Assembly (NCBI RefSeq): GCF_006345805.1
Contig: NC_043014.1
Coordinates: forward strand, 9,672,001-9,736,000
Reading direction: 5' to 3'
Length of the DNA stretch: 64,000 nucleotides
Source of the DNA: Octopus sinensis
Lineage: Eukaryota
The notes under the pieces were generated by a model. That model was not told the origin of the DNA. It saw nothing but the letters and a program-made list of their open reading frames with translations, and ran no database searches. Each line of letters begins with the position of its first letter. Position 1 is the stretch's first letter. Positions 1 to 12,105 of the stretch are shown here, piece by piece. Both the position numbers and the translations under genes were made by a program.

Positions 1-185
1 GATAGCGGTGAGAATGGCACTTGATCAATTCGTTAATGCCAAACACGAAGGTTGCATTATTAGAGCTAGGGCGTGTTCACTGAGAGGGGAAGAGACGAAA
101 GGCGTTCGATGGGCCCTAGCAGCAGAGACACTTCGGGAAAACAATGCAAAAATTCAGTTTTTGGCGAGTTGTGATGTCAGCATGA
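1..185 (+). mobile_element. Fragment of L1/Tx1-clade LINE ORF2 (endonuclease-RT linker)
   Basis: N-terminal part of ORF 8..331 (ALDQFVNAKHEGCIIRARACSLRGEETK...) resembles the G-x-x-x-RAR-x-W/L-x-x-x-GEK linker motif of Tx1/L1 ORF2; the rest of the ORF is microsatellite. Confidence 0.45.
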
Positions 186-195
186 TAACAGAGTC

Positions 196-400
196 CAAGA
201 AGAAGAAGAAGAAGAAGAAGGTGATGATGAGGATTATGATGGAGAAAGAGGAGGAGGAGAAGGAGAAAGAGTTGGTGGAGGAGGAGGGGGAGAGGAGGAT
301 AAAAACATTATTATTATTAATATTATTATGATTAACACTTTTTACTTTCATGTTAATTATCATGTATATTATACTGTTATTGCCGTGACTATGATGGTTA
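196..400. repeat. Compound trinucleotide microsatellite (AAG)n-(GAT)n-(GAG)n-(TTA)n
   Basis: Directly visible. Confidence 0.9.
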
Positions 401-1856
401 TTAATTTCAACACGGGTTGAATATTATGATGGGTATGAAACTTTTGCTCTCCTTAAAATCTAAAATAATGGACAAATATATTATTAAAAAGCTAAGACAC
501 AAAACTTCCTAAACAAAGGAAGCGATTTTATAAGAACAGTAATAAGGAAACTTGACATATAATATATGCATCACACGCGATTATTACACACAAAATGTAT
601 CATTGAAATAAAACCTAACATCTAGGTATGAATTATTAATACGGGTGGAAAGTAAAATACATCCAAGGGCGTAATGTAATTTCCGAGATAATTATCAGAA
701 AAAAAGTGATGTTGTATAGAAAATTGATATCATCATTTTACCGGCGAAATGATAGTTTACAGAAAAATAAAAAAAATAAACTTAAATGTGAAAGTGAGGT
801 CAAATGATAAACCGAGAAAAATATAAAAAGGAAAAGAGAATAAAATGAAGCTAATTTTATTTAGACATAGATCGACGATGTCTCTGGATTAATCTACAAG
901 CAACAAAACGTAAAGAACCGCAGTAGGGTAAATGAGAAATTGTATAGTATGACATTAATACGATTATGATATGAAAATAATCTAATATATCGTACAGGAC
1001 CGATGATTATCAAATGTTTAACGCCGAATAATAGAGACCATCATCTACTTGTAACGTCCAAACAGTGAATGGAGTTACAAGGGAAATTTGTAATAATGGA
1101 CGCTGTATTGGAATTATGAATTCCCAGTATACATAAAGTCTATATTCAGCCGCAAATAACATCATAAAGGAGACCTGTCAACGGCAGAGACATAACAAGC
1201 GAAGTAACGAAATGAACGGGAAGACATACTGTAAATGAAGCAAATAAAAGACCATCACAAAGATATAAACAGTGAAATGACACTAGATGGCAGCACATAC
1301 ACAAAGCATGAAATGGTCTAAAAAAGATAAACAGTAATGGCGCTTTACACATATAATAAATTAGCTTTGAAGACAATGAAATCAAAACATATAACAGCAG
1401 GGTAGAGACAAACAGTAGCTTACAACAATGGAAAAGACAGACGTAAAACATAAGGTTTAAATGGTGATTAAAAACAACACAAAACTCTGTTTAATATTTA
1501 ACTTCACACTTAACAACAAACAGATTATAGCCACAAAACATAACACGCCAGTTAACATTGAGGATTATTAGTGCGATAGAGCTAACAGAAATAATGAAAA
1601 GATATTGAAGGGGACAGAATAAAATCGATGAGCATAGTGATGTTGCTATATGAAAGAATAAATATGTTTACTCTGCCCATCGAAAGAAAGTTAGATTATT
1701 ACACTGAATAATAATATAATGGATGCAAAACGGATTTGGTCCAGATAGATCCAATGCATCCTAGCCAACAAAATTCGAAAAATTGTAAAACAAATAAACA
1801 GCAAATAAAAATCAATTGCATCATAACATTGAAAATAAAACGGAGTGATTTATTAC

Positions 1857-2241
1857 TGGAAGCACTCCACTGGTTACGACGACGAGGGTTCCGGTTGATC
1901 CGAATCAACGGAACAGCCTGCTCGTGAAATTAACGTGTAAGTGGCTGAGCACTCCACAGACACGTGTACCCTCAACGTAGTTCTCGGGGATATTCAGCGT
2001 GACACAGAGAGTGACAAGGCCGGCCCTTTGAAATACAGGTACAACAGAAACAGGAAGTAAAAGTTAGAGAAAGTTGTGGTGAAAGAGTACAGCAGGAATC
2101 ACCACCATCCCCTGCCGTTGCCTCGTGGAGCTTTAGGTGTTTTCTCTCAATAAACACTCACAACGCCCGGTCTGGGAATCGAAACCGCGATCCTATGACC
2201 GCGAGTCCGCTGCCCTAACCACTGGGCCATTGCGCCTCCAC
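1857..2241 (-). mobile_element. SINE family A (tRNA-like head, ~385 bp), full length
   Basis: Minus-strand head gtggaggcgcaatggcccagtggttagggcagcggactcgcggtcataggatcgcggtttcgattccc (A/B boxes); TSD tgatttatta at 1846-1855 and 2242-2251; near-identical copies elsewhere in the window. Confidence 0.92.
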
Positions 2242-2419
2242 TGATTTATTATAGATTTAATGAAAACAAGGAGATCAAACATTAAACCCATTCAGTGAAG
2301 GTCGGATAGCATTAGACTCAAAATCACAAGAAAAAAAAATTCTGGAAACAGAAGCTTAAACAAACTGTGTCGGCAGAAGCATGCAGAATAAAGAGTTACA
2401 AAGGAGATTAACGTATCTT

Positions 2420-2836
2420 ATTTCTTTATTGCCCACAAGGGCCTAAACATGGAGGGGACAAAGAAGGACAGGCAAAGGGATTAAGTCGATTACATCGACT
2501 CCAGTGCGTAGCTGGTACTTAATTTGTCGACCCTGAAAGAATGAAAGGCAAAATCGACCTCGGCGGAATTTGAACTCAGAACGTAGCGGCAGTCGAAATA
2601 GCAATTTCTTTACTACCCACAAGGGGCTAAACACAGAAAGGACAAACAAGGATAGACAAACGGATTAAGTCGCTTATATCGACCCAGTGTGTAACTGGTA
2701 CTTATTTAGTCGACCTCGAAAGGATGAAAGGCAAAGTCGACCTCGGCGGAATTTGAACTCAGAACGTAGCGGCAGCCGAAATACCGCTAAGCATTTTGCC
2801 TGGCGTGCTAACGTTTCTGCCAGCTCACTGTCTCTT
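2420..2836 (-). mobile_element. SINE family C, one head plus two tandem bodies
   Basis: Two ~185-bp bodies (...gaaaggatgaaaggcaaagtcgacctcggcggaatttgaactcagaacg...); single 20-bp TSD aaaggagattaacgtatctt at 2400-2419 and 2837-2856. Confidence 0.92.
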
Positions 2837-3345
2837 AAAGGAGATTAACGTATCTTGCAGAACAAATGTTTAGTTTACATAGGCATTAAACAAAATCCGA
2901 CCCAACCTACGTCTGCTCAGATAGCACTGCAGGAACTCGATCAGCGAATACCCTGCGACGGTCGTAATCGACGGCAATATGATGTGTCAGCAATCACATT
3001 ATCCCAAAGTGGGAATGCATGTGACCGCGAAGCACGTGTGACATTGTATCCAACACCTCAACAATGAATGGCGACTACGGATACGACGTCCTCGCTATCC
3101 TACATGCAAGCGCACTCCCTGTGAAGCATGTGTCCAATCGGCAACCATGATCTTTGGGCCGCAGCCAGAAACATTAATTTGCCTGCTAAGATCGACCATT
3201 GGATGTGATCAGCATTTGTGAGGGACGTGCTGAACTCGGTTGTCTGAGCCGGCTCAAACCAGACAGAGTAGTTGCCGCCGCACGTTCAAGTAAGTACATG
3301 TAGTAAACAAAAGTCATAACATTAAAACACACCACCATCGAATAC

Positions 3346-3393
<48 letters not shown>

Positions 3394-3428
3394 CATTATT
3401 ATCATTATTATTATTATTATTATTATTC

Positions 3429-3590
3429 TATGTTTGACTATTGCTTTACATTTGCACAAACGGTCTCCAAGTTTCACCCAGAGACCTCAAGAGACAACAA
3501 ACTGGAAGTCCATGTTGGTGTTATGCCTAGGGTGCCATATATTTGGTTTTGTACTAAGTGTTGTACTAGCGAATGCTTAAAAAAACATAT
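3429..3590 (-). mobile_element. 3' UTR fragment of an R4/Dong-type LINE embedded in (TAA)n
   Basis: Homologous to 11979-12105; ends on the minus strand in a (TAA)n tail and is flanked on both sides by (TTA)n (3345-3428, 3590-3638). Clade assignment is inference from the TAA context and the R4/Dong protein remnants in the window. Confidence 0.55.
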
Positions 3591-3602
3591 TATTATTATT
3601 AC

Positions 3603-3638
<36 letters not shown>

Positions 3639-4129
3639 CGGTTTCCAAATATATTTACTAGAACCCTGGATCAGAAACATTTAATGCAATGGATCAATTA
3701 GGGAAGTGACAAAAAATAGAGCGGCAATGAAAAGGTACGCTAGCGTAGTAAGCAAATATCTCACCAACACAAACTCTGTAAATATTCAAAAAACCTCAGC
3801 AGTTTGAAACTTTGTGCATGTATCCCATGTGTACATGATGTTAACATTCCATAAAGTTGTAAATAAACCATAATCCACAGCTAAAAGCCTGCTGAAGTAA
3901 ATAAAAAATGAGGTCCATTTCCCTATATAAATATATTAATGTACTTTCGAACTACCAGCGTTGTATGACTCATTTGCTTGTGAAATTACATAATACCCTT
4001 ATATTTACAGCCAAACTCTACAGCATTGTAGTTAATTATCACACAGAGCAATATCACACAAAACGAGCAGCAAAGATGTTCGAAAGGGATATATGGCGGT
4101 AGAGATAAATTTTTCATAAATAACGATAT

Positions 4130-4560
4130 AAATAAGAACTAGATAAAGAAAGGAAATCTTAATAGGACGTGGATTGATTATCGGAAAGCATTTGATAATA
4201 TTCCATAATCTGGATACTTCACATCCATAAAGTATTCCCAGTGCTATCTAAGCATACCAGCTATGCCATTACAAGTTCAAAGATAATATGCGTAAAAACC
4301 AGCCGTATTCACATAACGGGACACTTGCAAGAAGATTCATTATCTTCCCTAATGTTTCGCCTAACGTTTATCCATTAATATAAAGTTGAATGAAACAGCT
4401 AATGTTTATAGACGATACAAACAAACCATAAAGAGATTCTCTACACGAACAGATAAGATATTTAAAACAGCCATGAACCGCTTGGAAATTTATTGAAAAT
4501 GGTTCATAAATGTTGGTAATGATATAACTTTTGTTTCCTGAAACAAAACAGTTTTTCTAA
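4130..4560 (+). pseudogene. Decayed RT domain of an R4/Dong-like (RLE-type) LINE
   Basis: Broken-frame motifs NLNRTWIDYRKAFDNIP (cf. WIDYKKAFDSVPH) and QEDSLSSLMF (cf. QGDSLSPLLF); many stops and indels. Confidence 0.6.
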
Positions 4561-4616
4561 ATGTACGAAAACAAGAATTTTAAATAGAACTAATTATACT
4601 AATTATACTAGCCACC

Positions 4617-4628
4617 GCGGTACATATT

Positions 4629-4661
<33 letters not shown>

Positions 4662-4706
4662 GGCACCTGCGAAAGGATGACACGCAAATTCATGAAGCGT
4701 TCCATA
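4617..4706 (+). pseudogene. RNU6: U6 snRNA pseudogene (lacks 5' stem-loop and terminal U-tract)
   Basis: acatattctaaaattggaacgatacagagaagattagcatggcacctgcgaaaggatgacacgcaaattcatgaagcgttccata matches U6 including ACAGAGA and AGC; substitutions in the ISL region (gcacc vs gcccc, gcgaaagg vs gcgcaagg). Confidence 0.95.
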
Positions 4707-4712
4707 GTTAAA

Positions 4713-4785
4713 ATAATGGCGGTGCCCCAGCATGGCCACAGCTTGTGAGCTGAAACTAGATAAAATAAAAAATATAAAAAATATA
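4713..4785 (+). mobile_element. Tail-only retroposon fragment (LINE/SINE 3' end with hairpin and A-rich tail)
   Basis: ggcggtgccccagcatggccacagcttgtgagctgaaactagataaaataaaa; homologous to 63572-63647 and to the SINE B tail; 10-bp direct repeat catagttaaa at 4703-4712 and 4786-4795. Confidence 0.8.
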
Positions 4786-5109
4786 CATAGTTAAAGATGT
4801 ATAAATAAAATAAGAAACACTTGAATATAATATTATAAATCAGTGCGACTTAGGCACCAGGCTGTACTTTTAAAGAAAACAGTTCTCAATTCTTGGTATA
4901 AGATTAGAAGCGTAAATTACTAACAGGAACCATATATTTTGCATCGTAACTGCCTTGCATCTAATCATAGGCAGGACGATCTAGAGTAAGGAAAAACCTA
5001 CCCTAAGTATATGGTGAGTGATATCACCAATCTATCGCGATGTATATACTATTTGTAAAGATAAATCATTAGAAGCAATGACGTAGAAATTGATTTAATT
5101 TATAGAAAA

Positions 5110-5232
5110 TCAAAAGACCAAGACAGGTGTATGAACAACAAGCAAGTGTATTAGTTTGAAAAAGGCCTTTACCTTTCGAGCTTACGCTCCTCAACAGAAA
5201 GGAAAAAGAGAAAATAGACAGAGAGTGATGTA
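5110..5232 (-). mobile_element. Penelope-like terminal repeat remnant (family P1) with degenerate hammerhead at 5164-5201
   Basis: Homologous to 9750-9930 and 21575-21765; minus strand ctgttga-g-gagc-gtaa-gctc-gaaag-gta. Confidence 0.6.
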
Positions 5233-5237
5233 ATTAT

Positions 5238-5292
<55 letters not shown>

Positions 5293-5533
5293 ATTACATT
5301 AAGAATATGAAATCCTCTTAAAGGGGTGTTACCACCCAAGTTCACTGGTTATATCCAGTGCTTCAGTGAAAAACTAAAGATGTTAGTTTCACATAGATGG
5401 AAATGTGTATATAAATATTCAAATAAATTTGTCTATATATTGATATCTGTTTTCTCTTCTTTCCATACAAGAATATACATATATATTTATATTTAATGCT
5501 GACTTACACACACACACACACACACACACACAC

Positions 5534-5588
<55 letters not shown>

Positions 5589-5924
5589 CATGGACGGTGC
5601 TGAGTTGTCAAACATTTAAGCCAAATTTTCTCAAAACAACTTGTCCGACCGTCCCATGTTGTGACATTATTTCAAACCAGCCGGCTTTTTTTTTGTGCAA
5701 AGTGCCCGTACCTTTTTCTCGAGTACGAGTAGTATCGATCGCAACAGCTGGTGTACTTGCAGTTTCCACGGCTTTATCGATCGCATTCTCACCTTGAATC
5801 GATTTTTGTAATTTTGTCAAGACTTATACACGCCCCGATACCGTCGGTATCTGCATATCAAATTTGAGCGCAATCGGATGGAGGATCCCCGAGATCCTAG
5901 AAGACACACAGACAGAACGGATTT

Positions 5925-6014
<90 letters not shown>

Positions 6015-6222
6015 GCAGACAGGGACAGAGATAAAGGATTCTCTGGAGAGAATCGGGTACTTAAGTGTTATATACAGGTTGAGTTCATTTAAAAGTAAAC
6101 CCGTAAGCAACAGTTGTAAGGAACTGACATTTATAGTCTGTTATTTTTTCTTTGCTATATATATTTATACACACACACACATACACACACCAAACCCAAC
6201 ATGAATTATAATAAAAATAAAT

Positions 6223-7110
6223 AAATGCGCCCTTTTTAAAGCCTAACCAGGCTCATGGGCCCGGTTTCCCGGTTTCTATGGCGTATGTGTTCCCCAGCTG
6301 GAACCGACGCCATCCCATTGCAGCGTTACTCATTTTTGCCAGCTGAGTAGACTGGAGCAACGTGAAATGAACTGTTTTGCTCAAGAACACACCACGTCGC
6401 CTGGTCCTGGAATCGAAACCACAATCTTACTATCGTGATGCTGACACCCTAATCACTAAACCACGCGCCTCAACCCATGTATATATATATAATAATAACA
6501 ATAATAATAATGATATTAATAATAATAATAATAATAATAATAAATGCGCCCTTTTAAAGCCTAACCAGGTTCATGAGCCCGGTTTCCCGTTTCAATGGCG
6601 TATGTGTTCCCCAGCTGGACGGGACGCCAGTCCATCGCAGCGTTACTCATTTTTGCCAGCTGAGTAGACTGGAGCAACGTGAAATGAACTGTTTTGCTCA
6701 AGAACACACCACGTCGCCTGGTCCTGGAATCGAAACCACAATCTTACTATCGTGATGCTGACACCCTAATCACTAAACCACGCGCCTCAACCCATGTATA
6801 TATATATAATAATAACAATAATAATAATGATATTAATAATAATAATAATAATAATAATAAATGCGCCCTTTTAAAGCCTAACCAGGTTCATGAGCCCGGT
6901 TTCCCGGTTTCAATGGCGTATGTGTTCCCCAGCTGGACGGGACGCCAGTCCATCGCAGCGTTACTCATTTTTGCCAGCTGAGTGGACTGGAGCAACGTGG
7001 AATGAAGTGTTTTGCTCAAGAACACACCACGTCGCCTGGTCCAGGAATCGAAATCACAATCTGACGATCATGATGCTGACACCCTAACCACTACGCCACG
7101 TGTCTCCACA
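6223..7110 (-). mobile_element. Three tandem copies of SINE family D (6223-6474, 6541-6790, 6858-7110)
   Basis: tRNA-like head on the minus strand (gtggaggcgcgtgg...ggtttcgattcc); ~318-bp period including an identical (TA)/(AAT) spacer. Confidence 0.92.
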
Positions 7111-7583
7111 GCTTGAATTATACTCTTCGCAATCGCCGTGCCAAAGTTGACACATAATTGAATCGTATTGCCCAATTTCTGAATTTGCTAATGATTATTA
7201 TAGACGTTAACAATAATCTAAATGAACAACTCTTCCGTTTCCTTCCAACAGCACCGCCCTGGCAGGAACCGATCTACACAGAACGCGTGGGCTATTTAAT
7301 TTACACCTGATACATTAATTCGACACATAATTCGATGTAATTGCCACCCGTTAACACAACGCACAGTGCATATTCTGAAGAATCGGCAGCCAATAAAATC
7401 GTAATCTTGCATAACCGATTCTTCTCACTATAACACCAAAAATCTTAAGCCACACAATTTTCACACATGTATATAACACAAACCACAAAACATACAATAC
7501 AGAATTAACACCGATACTAAAATATACGATCCCAGTTATTGTAGTCGGTTTCGTTGTTGTTGTTTTTGTTATTACTATCATAA

Positions 7584-8610
7584 CCTTTTCTACTCTGGGC
7601 ACAAGGCCCGAAATGTTTTTTTGGTGGGGGAGTTGCAGTCGATTAGATCGACCCCAGTACGTAACTGATATTTGATTTAATCAACCCTGAACGGATGAAA
7701 GTCAAAGTAGACCTCGGCAGAATTTGAACTCAGAACGTTAAAACTAGCGAAACACCTATTTCTTTACTACCCACAAGGGGTTAAACAGAAAGAGGACAGA
7801 AAAACGGATCAAGTCGATTTTATCGAACCCAGTGCGTAACTGGTACTTATTTAATCGACCCCGAAAGGATGAAAGGCAAAGTCGACCTCGGCGGAATTTG
7901 AACTCAGAACATAAAAACAGACGAAATATCTGTTTCTATATTACCCACAAGGGCCTAAACATAGAGGGGACAAACAAGGACAGACAAACGGACCAAGTCG
8001 ATTACATCGACCCCAGTGCGTAACTGGTACTTATTTAATCGAACCCGAAAGGATGAAGGGCAAAGTCGACCTCGGCGGAATTTGAACTCAGAACGTAAAG
8101 AGAGACGAAATACCCGAAAGCATTTCACCCGGTATGCTAACGTTTCTTATTTTTTATTGCCCACAAGGGGCTAAGTGTAGAGGGGACAAACAAGGACAGA
8201 CAAACGGATTAAGTCGATTACATCGACCCCAGTGCGTAACTGGTACTTATTTAATCGAACCCGAAAGGATGAAAAGCAAAGTCGACCTTTCAAATTTGAA
8301 CTCAGAACGTAACTCAGAACGTAAGCATTTCGCCCAGCGTGCTAAAGTTTCTGCCATCTCGCCACCTTCAAAACATAAACACAGGTGAAATACCAATTCT
8401 TTTACTACCAGCATGGGGCTAAACACAGAGAGAACAAACAAGGACATACACACGGATTAATTCGATTATATCGACCCCAGTGCGTATCTGGTACTTGTTT
8501 AATCGACCCCGAAAGGATGAAAGGCGGAATTTGAACTCTGAACGTAAAGAGACGAAATATCGCTAAGCATTTCGCCCGGCGTGCTACCGATTCTGCCAGC
8601 TCCCCGCCTT
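7584..8610 (-). mobile_element. Cluster/array of SINE C: ~5 bodies, 3 heads
   Basis: Repeated ~185-bp bodies; head remnants near 8108-8148, 8322-8370 and 8555-8610. Confidence 0.88.
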
Positions 8611-8787
8611 TTATTACTTATTTCTTTACAGCCCACAAGGGGCTACACACAAAGGGGATAGTATAAATAAGTAGTAGATAGCGCCATGATGTGAGATAAG
8701 GCTGAGTACGGTCAGATACAGTAGAAGCTGGAGGAAAAAAAATATAAAATAAAAGTGGTTGCGAGAGAGCGAGACAGATTGAGAGAC

Positions 8788-8858
<71 letters not shown>

Positions 8859-9321
8859 AGAGAGATTCTAAGTTGCAGATGTGGCTACATTTAAGTAGAA
8901 AATCAAACACATATTGCAGTTAATAGGCAGTTCAGAAGTAAGACACAGCAGAAGTGATTTGCTAGCGCAATTAGCACTTTACTGAGCTAAGCTGAAATAT
9001 AGATTTATTGAATGCGTAGACAAGTAATCTTTTGTTACTAGACATGCAACAAATAACAATATAATAGACATCTGACAATATAGAAACGTAATTTGATATC
9101 TTATGGAAGTTAATTAATACTGGAGGTGAAAAGCACTTTAAACCATATTTCTTTTTTTTTTTAACACGAACATTAGCAAAGAATTGTATGTTGGTCTGCA
9201 ACGTCACTTTAAATCTAACCCTTGAGATCATATCATTGGAAGCGAGGTGAGATTGATAGCATCATTGCACGTCTATTGAAATAGCTAAATTGTGTTTGTG
9301 TGTTCAATTATAGTCCATATA

Positions 9322-9737
9322 GGCGCAGGAGTGGCTGTGTGGTAAGTAGCTTGCTCACCAACCACATGGTTCCAGGGTTCAGTCCCACTGCGTGGCATCT
9401 TGGGCAAGTGTCTTCTGCTATAGCCCCGGGCTGACCAATGCCTTGTGAGTGGATTTGGTAGACGGAAACTGAAAGAAGCCTGTCGTATATATGTATATAT
9501 ATATATATGTATGTGTGTGTTTGTGTGTCTGTGTTTGCCCCCTAGCATTGCTTGACAACTGATGCTGGTGTGTTTACGTCCCCGTCACTTAGCGGTTCGG
9601 CAAAGGAGACCGATAGAATAAGTACTGGGCTTACAAAGAATAATTCCCGGGGTCGATTTGCTCGACTAAAAGGTGGTGCTCCAGCATGGCCGCAGTCAAA
9701 TGACTGAAACAAGTAAAAGAGTAAAAGAGTAAAGAGT
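9322..9737 (+). mobile_element. SINE family B, full length (tRNA-like head, internal TA/TG microsatellite, (AAGAGT)n tail)
   Basis: ggcgcaggagtggctgtgtggtaag...ggttcagtcccact head; tail ggtgctccagcatggccgcagtcaaatgactgaaacaagtaaaagagtaaaagagt. Confidence 0.92.
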
Positions 9738-9749
9738 ATATATATATAT

Positions 9750-9930
9750 AACGGGAAGCTTTATGAAAATAAACAAAAGACGAAGGCAGGTGGAGTACAA
9801 ACAAACAAATGTATTAGTATGGCGCTCAGGAATATAAATAAAACAAGTCTTTTACGTTTCGAGCCTACGCTCTTCAACAGAAAGATACACAGAAAAGAAA
9901 CACGGAGAGAAACAAGGAGGGAAAAAAGGA
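9750..9930 (-). mobile_element. Penelope-like terminal repeat remnant (family P1)
   Basis: Homologous to 5110-5232 and 21575-21765; carries a hammerhead motif. Confidence 0.65.
9848..9885 (-). ncRNA. Minimal type I hammerhead-ribozyme-like motif (variant core CUGUUGA)
   Basis: Minus strand tcttt-CTGTTGA-a-gagc-gtag-gctc-GAAAC-GTA-aaaga: stem I tcttt/aaaga, stem II gagc/gctc, palindromic ACGT stem III. Confidence 0.65.
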
Positions 9931-10175
9931 GTGTGTGTGTGTGTCTGTGTGTATGTGTGCGTGTATGTTTGTGTGCCTGTGTTTGTTCCCCTAGCATTGC
10001 TGGTGTGTTTATGACCCCGTCACTTAGCGGTTCGGCAAAAAAAGACCGATAGATTAAGTACTGGGCTTACAAAGAATAAGTCCCGGGCTCGAGTTGCTCT
10101 ATTAAAGGCGGTGCTCCAGCATGGCCGCAGTCAAATGACTGAAACAAATAAAAGAGTAAAGAGAAATAAAAGAGA
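9931..10175 (+). mobile_element. SINE B, 3' half
   Basis: Matches 9520-9737. Confidence 0.88.
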
Positions 10176-10449
10176 GATTAGTGGTAACTGAATGAAACAC
10201 GTATAAATATGTGTGTGTCTATTCGATGAGTAGTCAATATTATTTATTAGTATTTCTGTTATGCTCTGCATGAGACGCTCGTCGCATGTATGAAACTACA
10301 TCCTTTATATTCTAATCACTGTAGAGTTAATTATTCAATGATAATAAACAATGAAGTGGGAAATACAATAGATATTTGATACATTCGTGTGAAATATGTG
10401 ATATATTTCCGTTTATATGATACTAGAACCATTTATATATACATATAAA

Positions 10450-10465
10450 TAAATAAATATATATA

Positions 10466-10498
<33 letters not shown>

Positions 10499-10981
10499 GG
10501 TAGATAGATAGATAGATAGGTAGGTAGGTAGTAGGTAGGTAGGTAGGTAGGTAGGTAGGTAGATAGATAGATAGATAGATAGATAGGTAGGTAGGTAGGT
10601 AGATAGATAGGTAGGTAGGTAGATAGATAGGTAGGTAGGTAGATAGATAGGTAGGCAGGTAGATAGATAGGTAGGTAGGTAGATAGATAGATATACAGGT
10701 AGATAATTTTCTTTATTGGCCACACAGGGCTGCACACAGATGGGACAAGTTACAAGGTAGAGATTTTCTTTTGGGGGATGAAAAAAACAAAAAACAAAAG
10801 AAACAAAAAAGGGGTGGCGTAGGTTTTCGATCAAGAGGGATCGTAAACGGGAAGAAAAGAACAAAAAAAAATAAAATCAAAAATCAAAAAATAAAATAGA
10901 TAGATAGCTAGGTAGGTAGGTAGATAGATATGTAGATATATAGGTAGGTAGGTAGGTAGGTATATAGGTAGGTAGGTAGGC

Positions 10982-11041
<60 letters not shown>

Positions 11042-11085
11042 GGATGGATGGATGGATGGATGGATGGATGTATGTATGTATGTTT
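10450..11085. repeat. Compound (TA)n, (GATA)n/(GGTA)n and (GGAT)n microsatellites
   Basis: Directly visible at 10450-10692 and 10897-11085. Confidence 0.95.
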
Positions 11086-11978
11086 GAGTATGTGTGTACA
11101 AAAAGTAGAATTCTAACATTACAGATTTCGTTAGATTCGAAGAAAGTTATAATTACTTGGCATTTATCAGATAAAAATGGACGATATAATTGCATATTGA
11201 AATTTGTCGCCTCGGCCAGACAGAATGTAAACTGACTCCGAAACTTGAATGTACATTGTTGTTTATTGTTGCTTGTTAAGTCTTTACTTTTTATTTCATT
11301 GAACAGCAACAAAAACAAAATAAAACAATAATAGTGAAACTATAATATAAATCGACATTATCACGTGGATCCGAAAGATTTAATTGTTGGGAAAAAACAT
11401 AAAACATTGGTAAAATGTTAAATCAAAAACTCAATGATTATATCTGTAATGAATACTTTGTCCGTACAAATTAGCTTTAAAATATCTAAAAGAACTTTCT
11501 TCTATTGCTGGAAATAATATAACGATGTTCTTTAAGAAATGTGATCGCATGTGTTCCTCAATGCGTCTGTATATATGCATTCGTATTTCTTTTCACGTCT
11601 GGTTCTAATAACAAGATTTCGAAAAGAAGAAACTAATTTTAATAGTCCGTTTTGTGGTGATACAATAAATCAATTGTTACAAGCTTATTTGATAAACGTT
11701 GTACATTTAATTGGTTTCCAAATTAAAAAGAAAAAAAAAACATACACTGTTCTATAATGCCATCTCCTATAATGAAAAACCAAGCTCATGTTATTGGATA
11801 CGAAGAATTTTAAATAACACATGAACTCAGAAAAAGTAAGCCTCCTGTACGAATGGCGGGGGAGGAGGGGAGAAAATACACCTACAATTCTTGACATTAA
11901 ACCAATCTTACCTCTTTTACCATACTCTACTAAATACTATGCTCTGAAATATATTATTGTTATTATTATTATTATTAT

Positions 11979-12105
11979 ATGTTTGACTTTTGCTTTACAT
12001 TTGTACAAGTTGGCTCCAAGTCTCACCCAGAGACCTCAAGAGATAAGTTGGAAGTTCATGTTGGTGTTATGCCTTGGATGCCATATATTTGGTTTTGTAC
12101 TTAGT
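11979..12105 (-). mobile_element. 3' UTR fragment of an R4/Dong-type LINE with (TAA)n tail
   Basis: Homologous to 3429-3590; preceded by (TTA)n and followed by (CAT)(CAC)(CAG) repeats to 12215. Confidence 0.55.

Noticed and set aside
400-1800. A-rich plus strand suggestive of a decayed LINE ORF
   Set aside because: No recognisable conserved motif could be read; cannot support a call
4617-4795. Functional U6 gene, or a straightforward template-switch U6-LINE chimera
   Set aside because: The 5' stem-loop and U-tract are missing and the ISL has substitutions; the direct repeat flanks only the tail, so a simple chimera is not established
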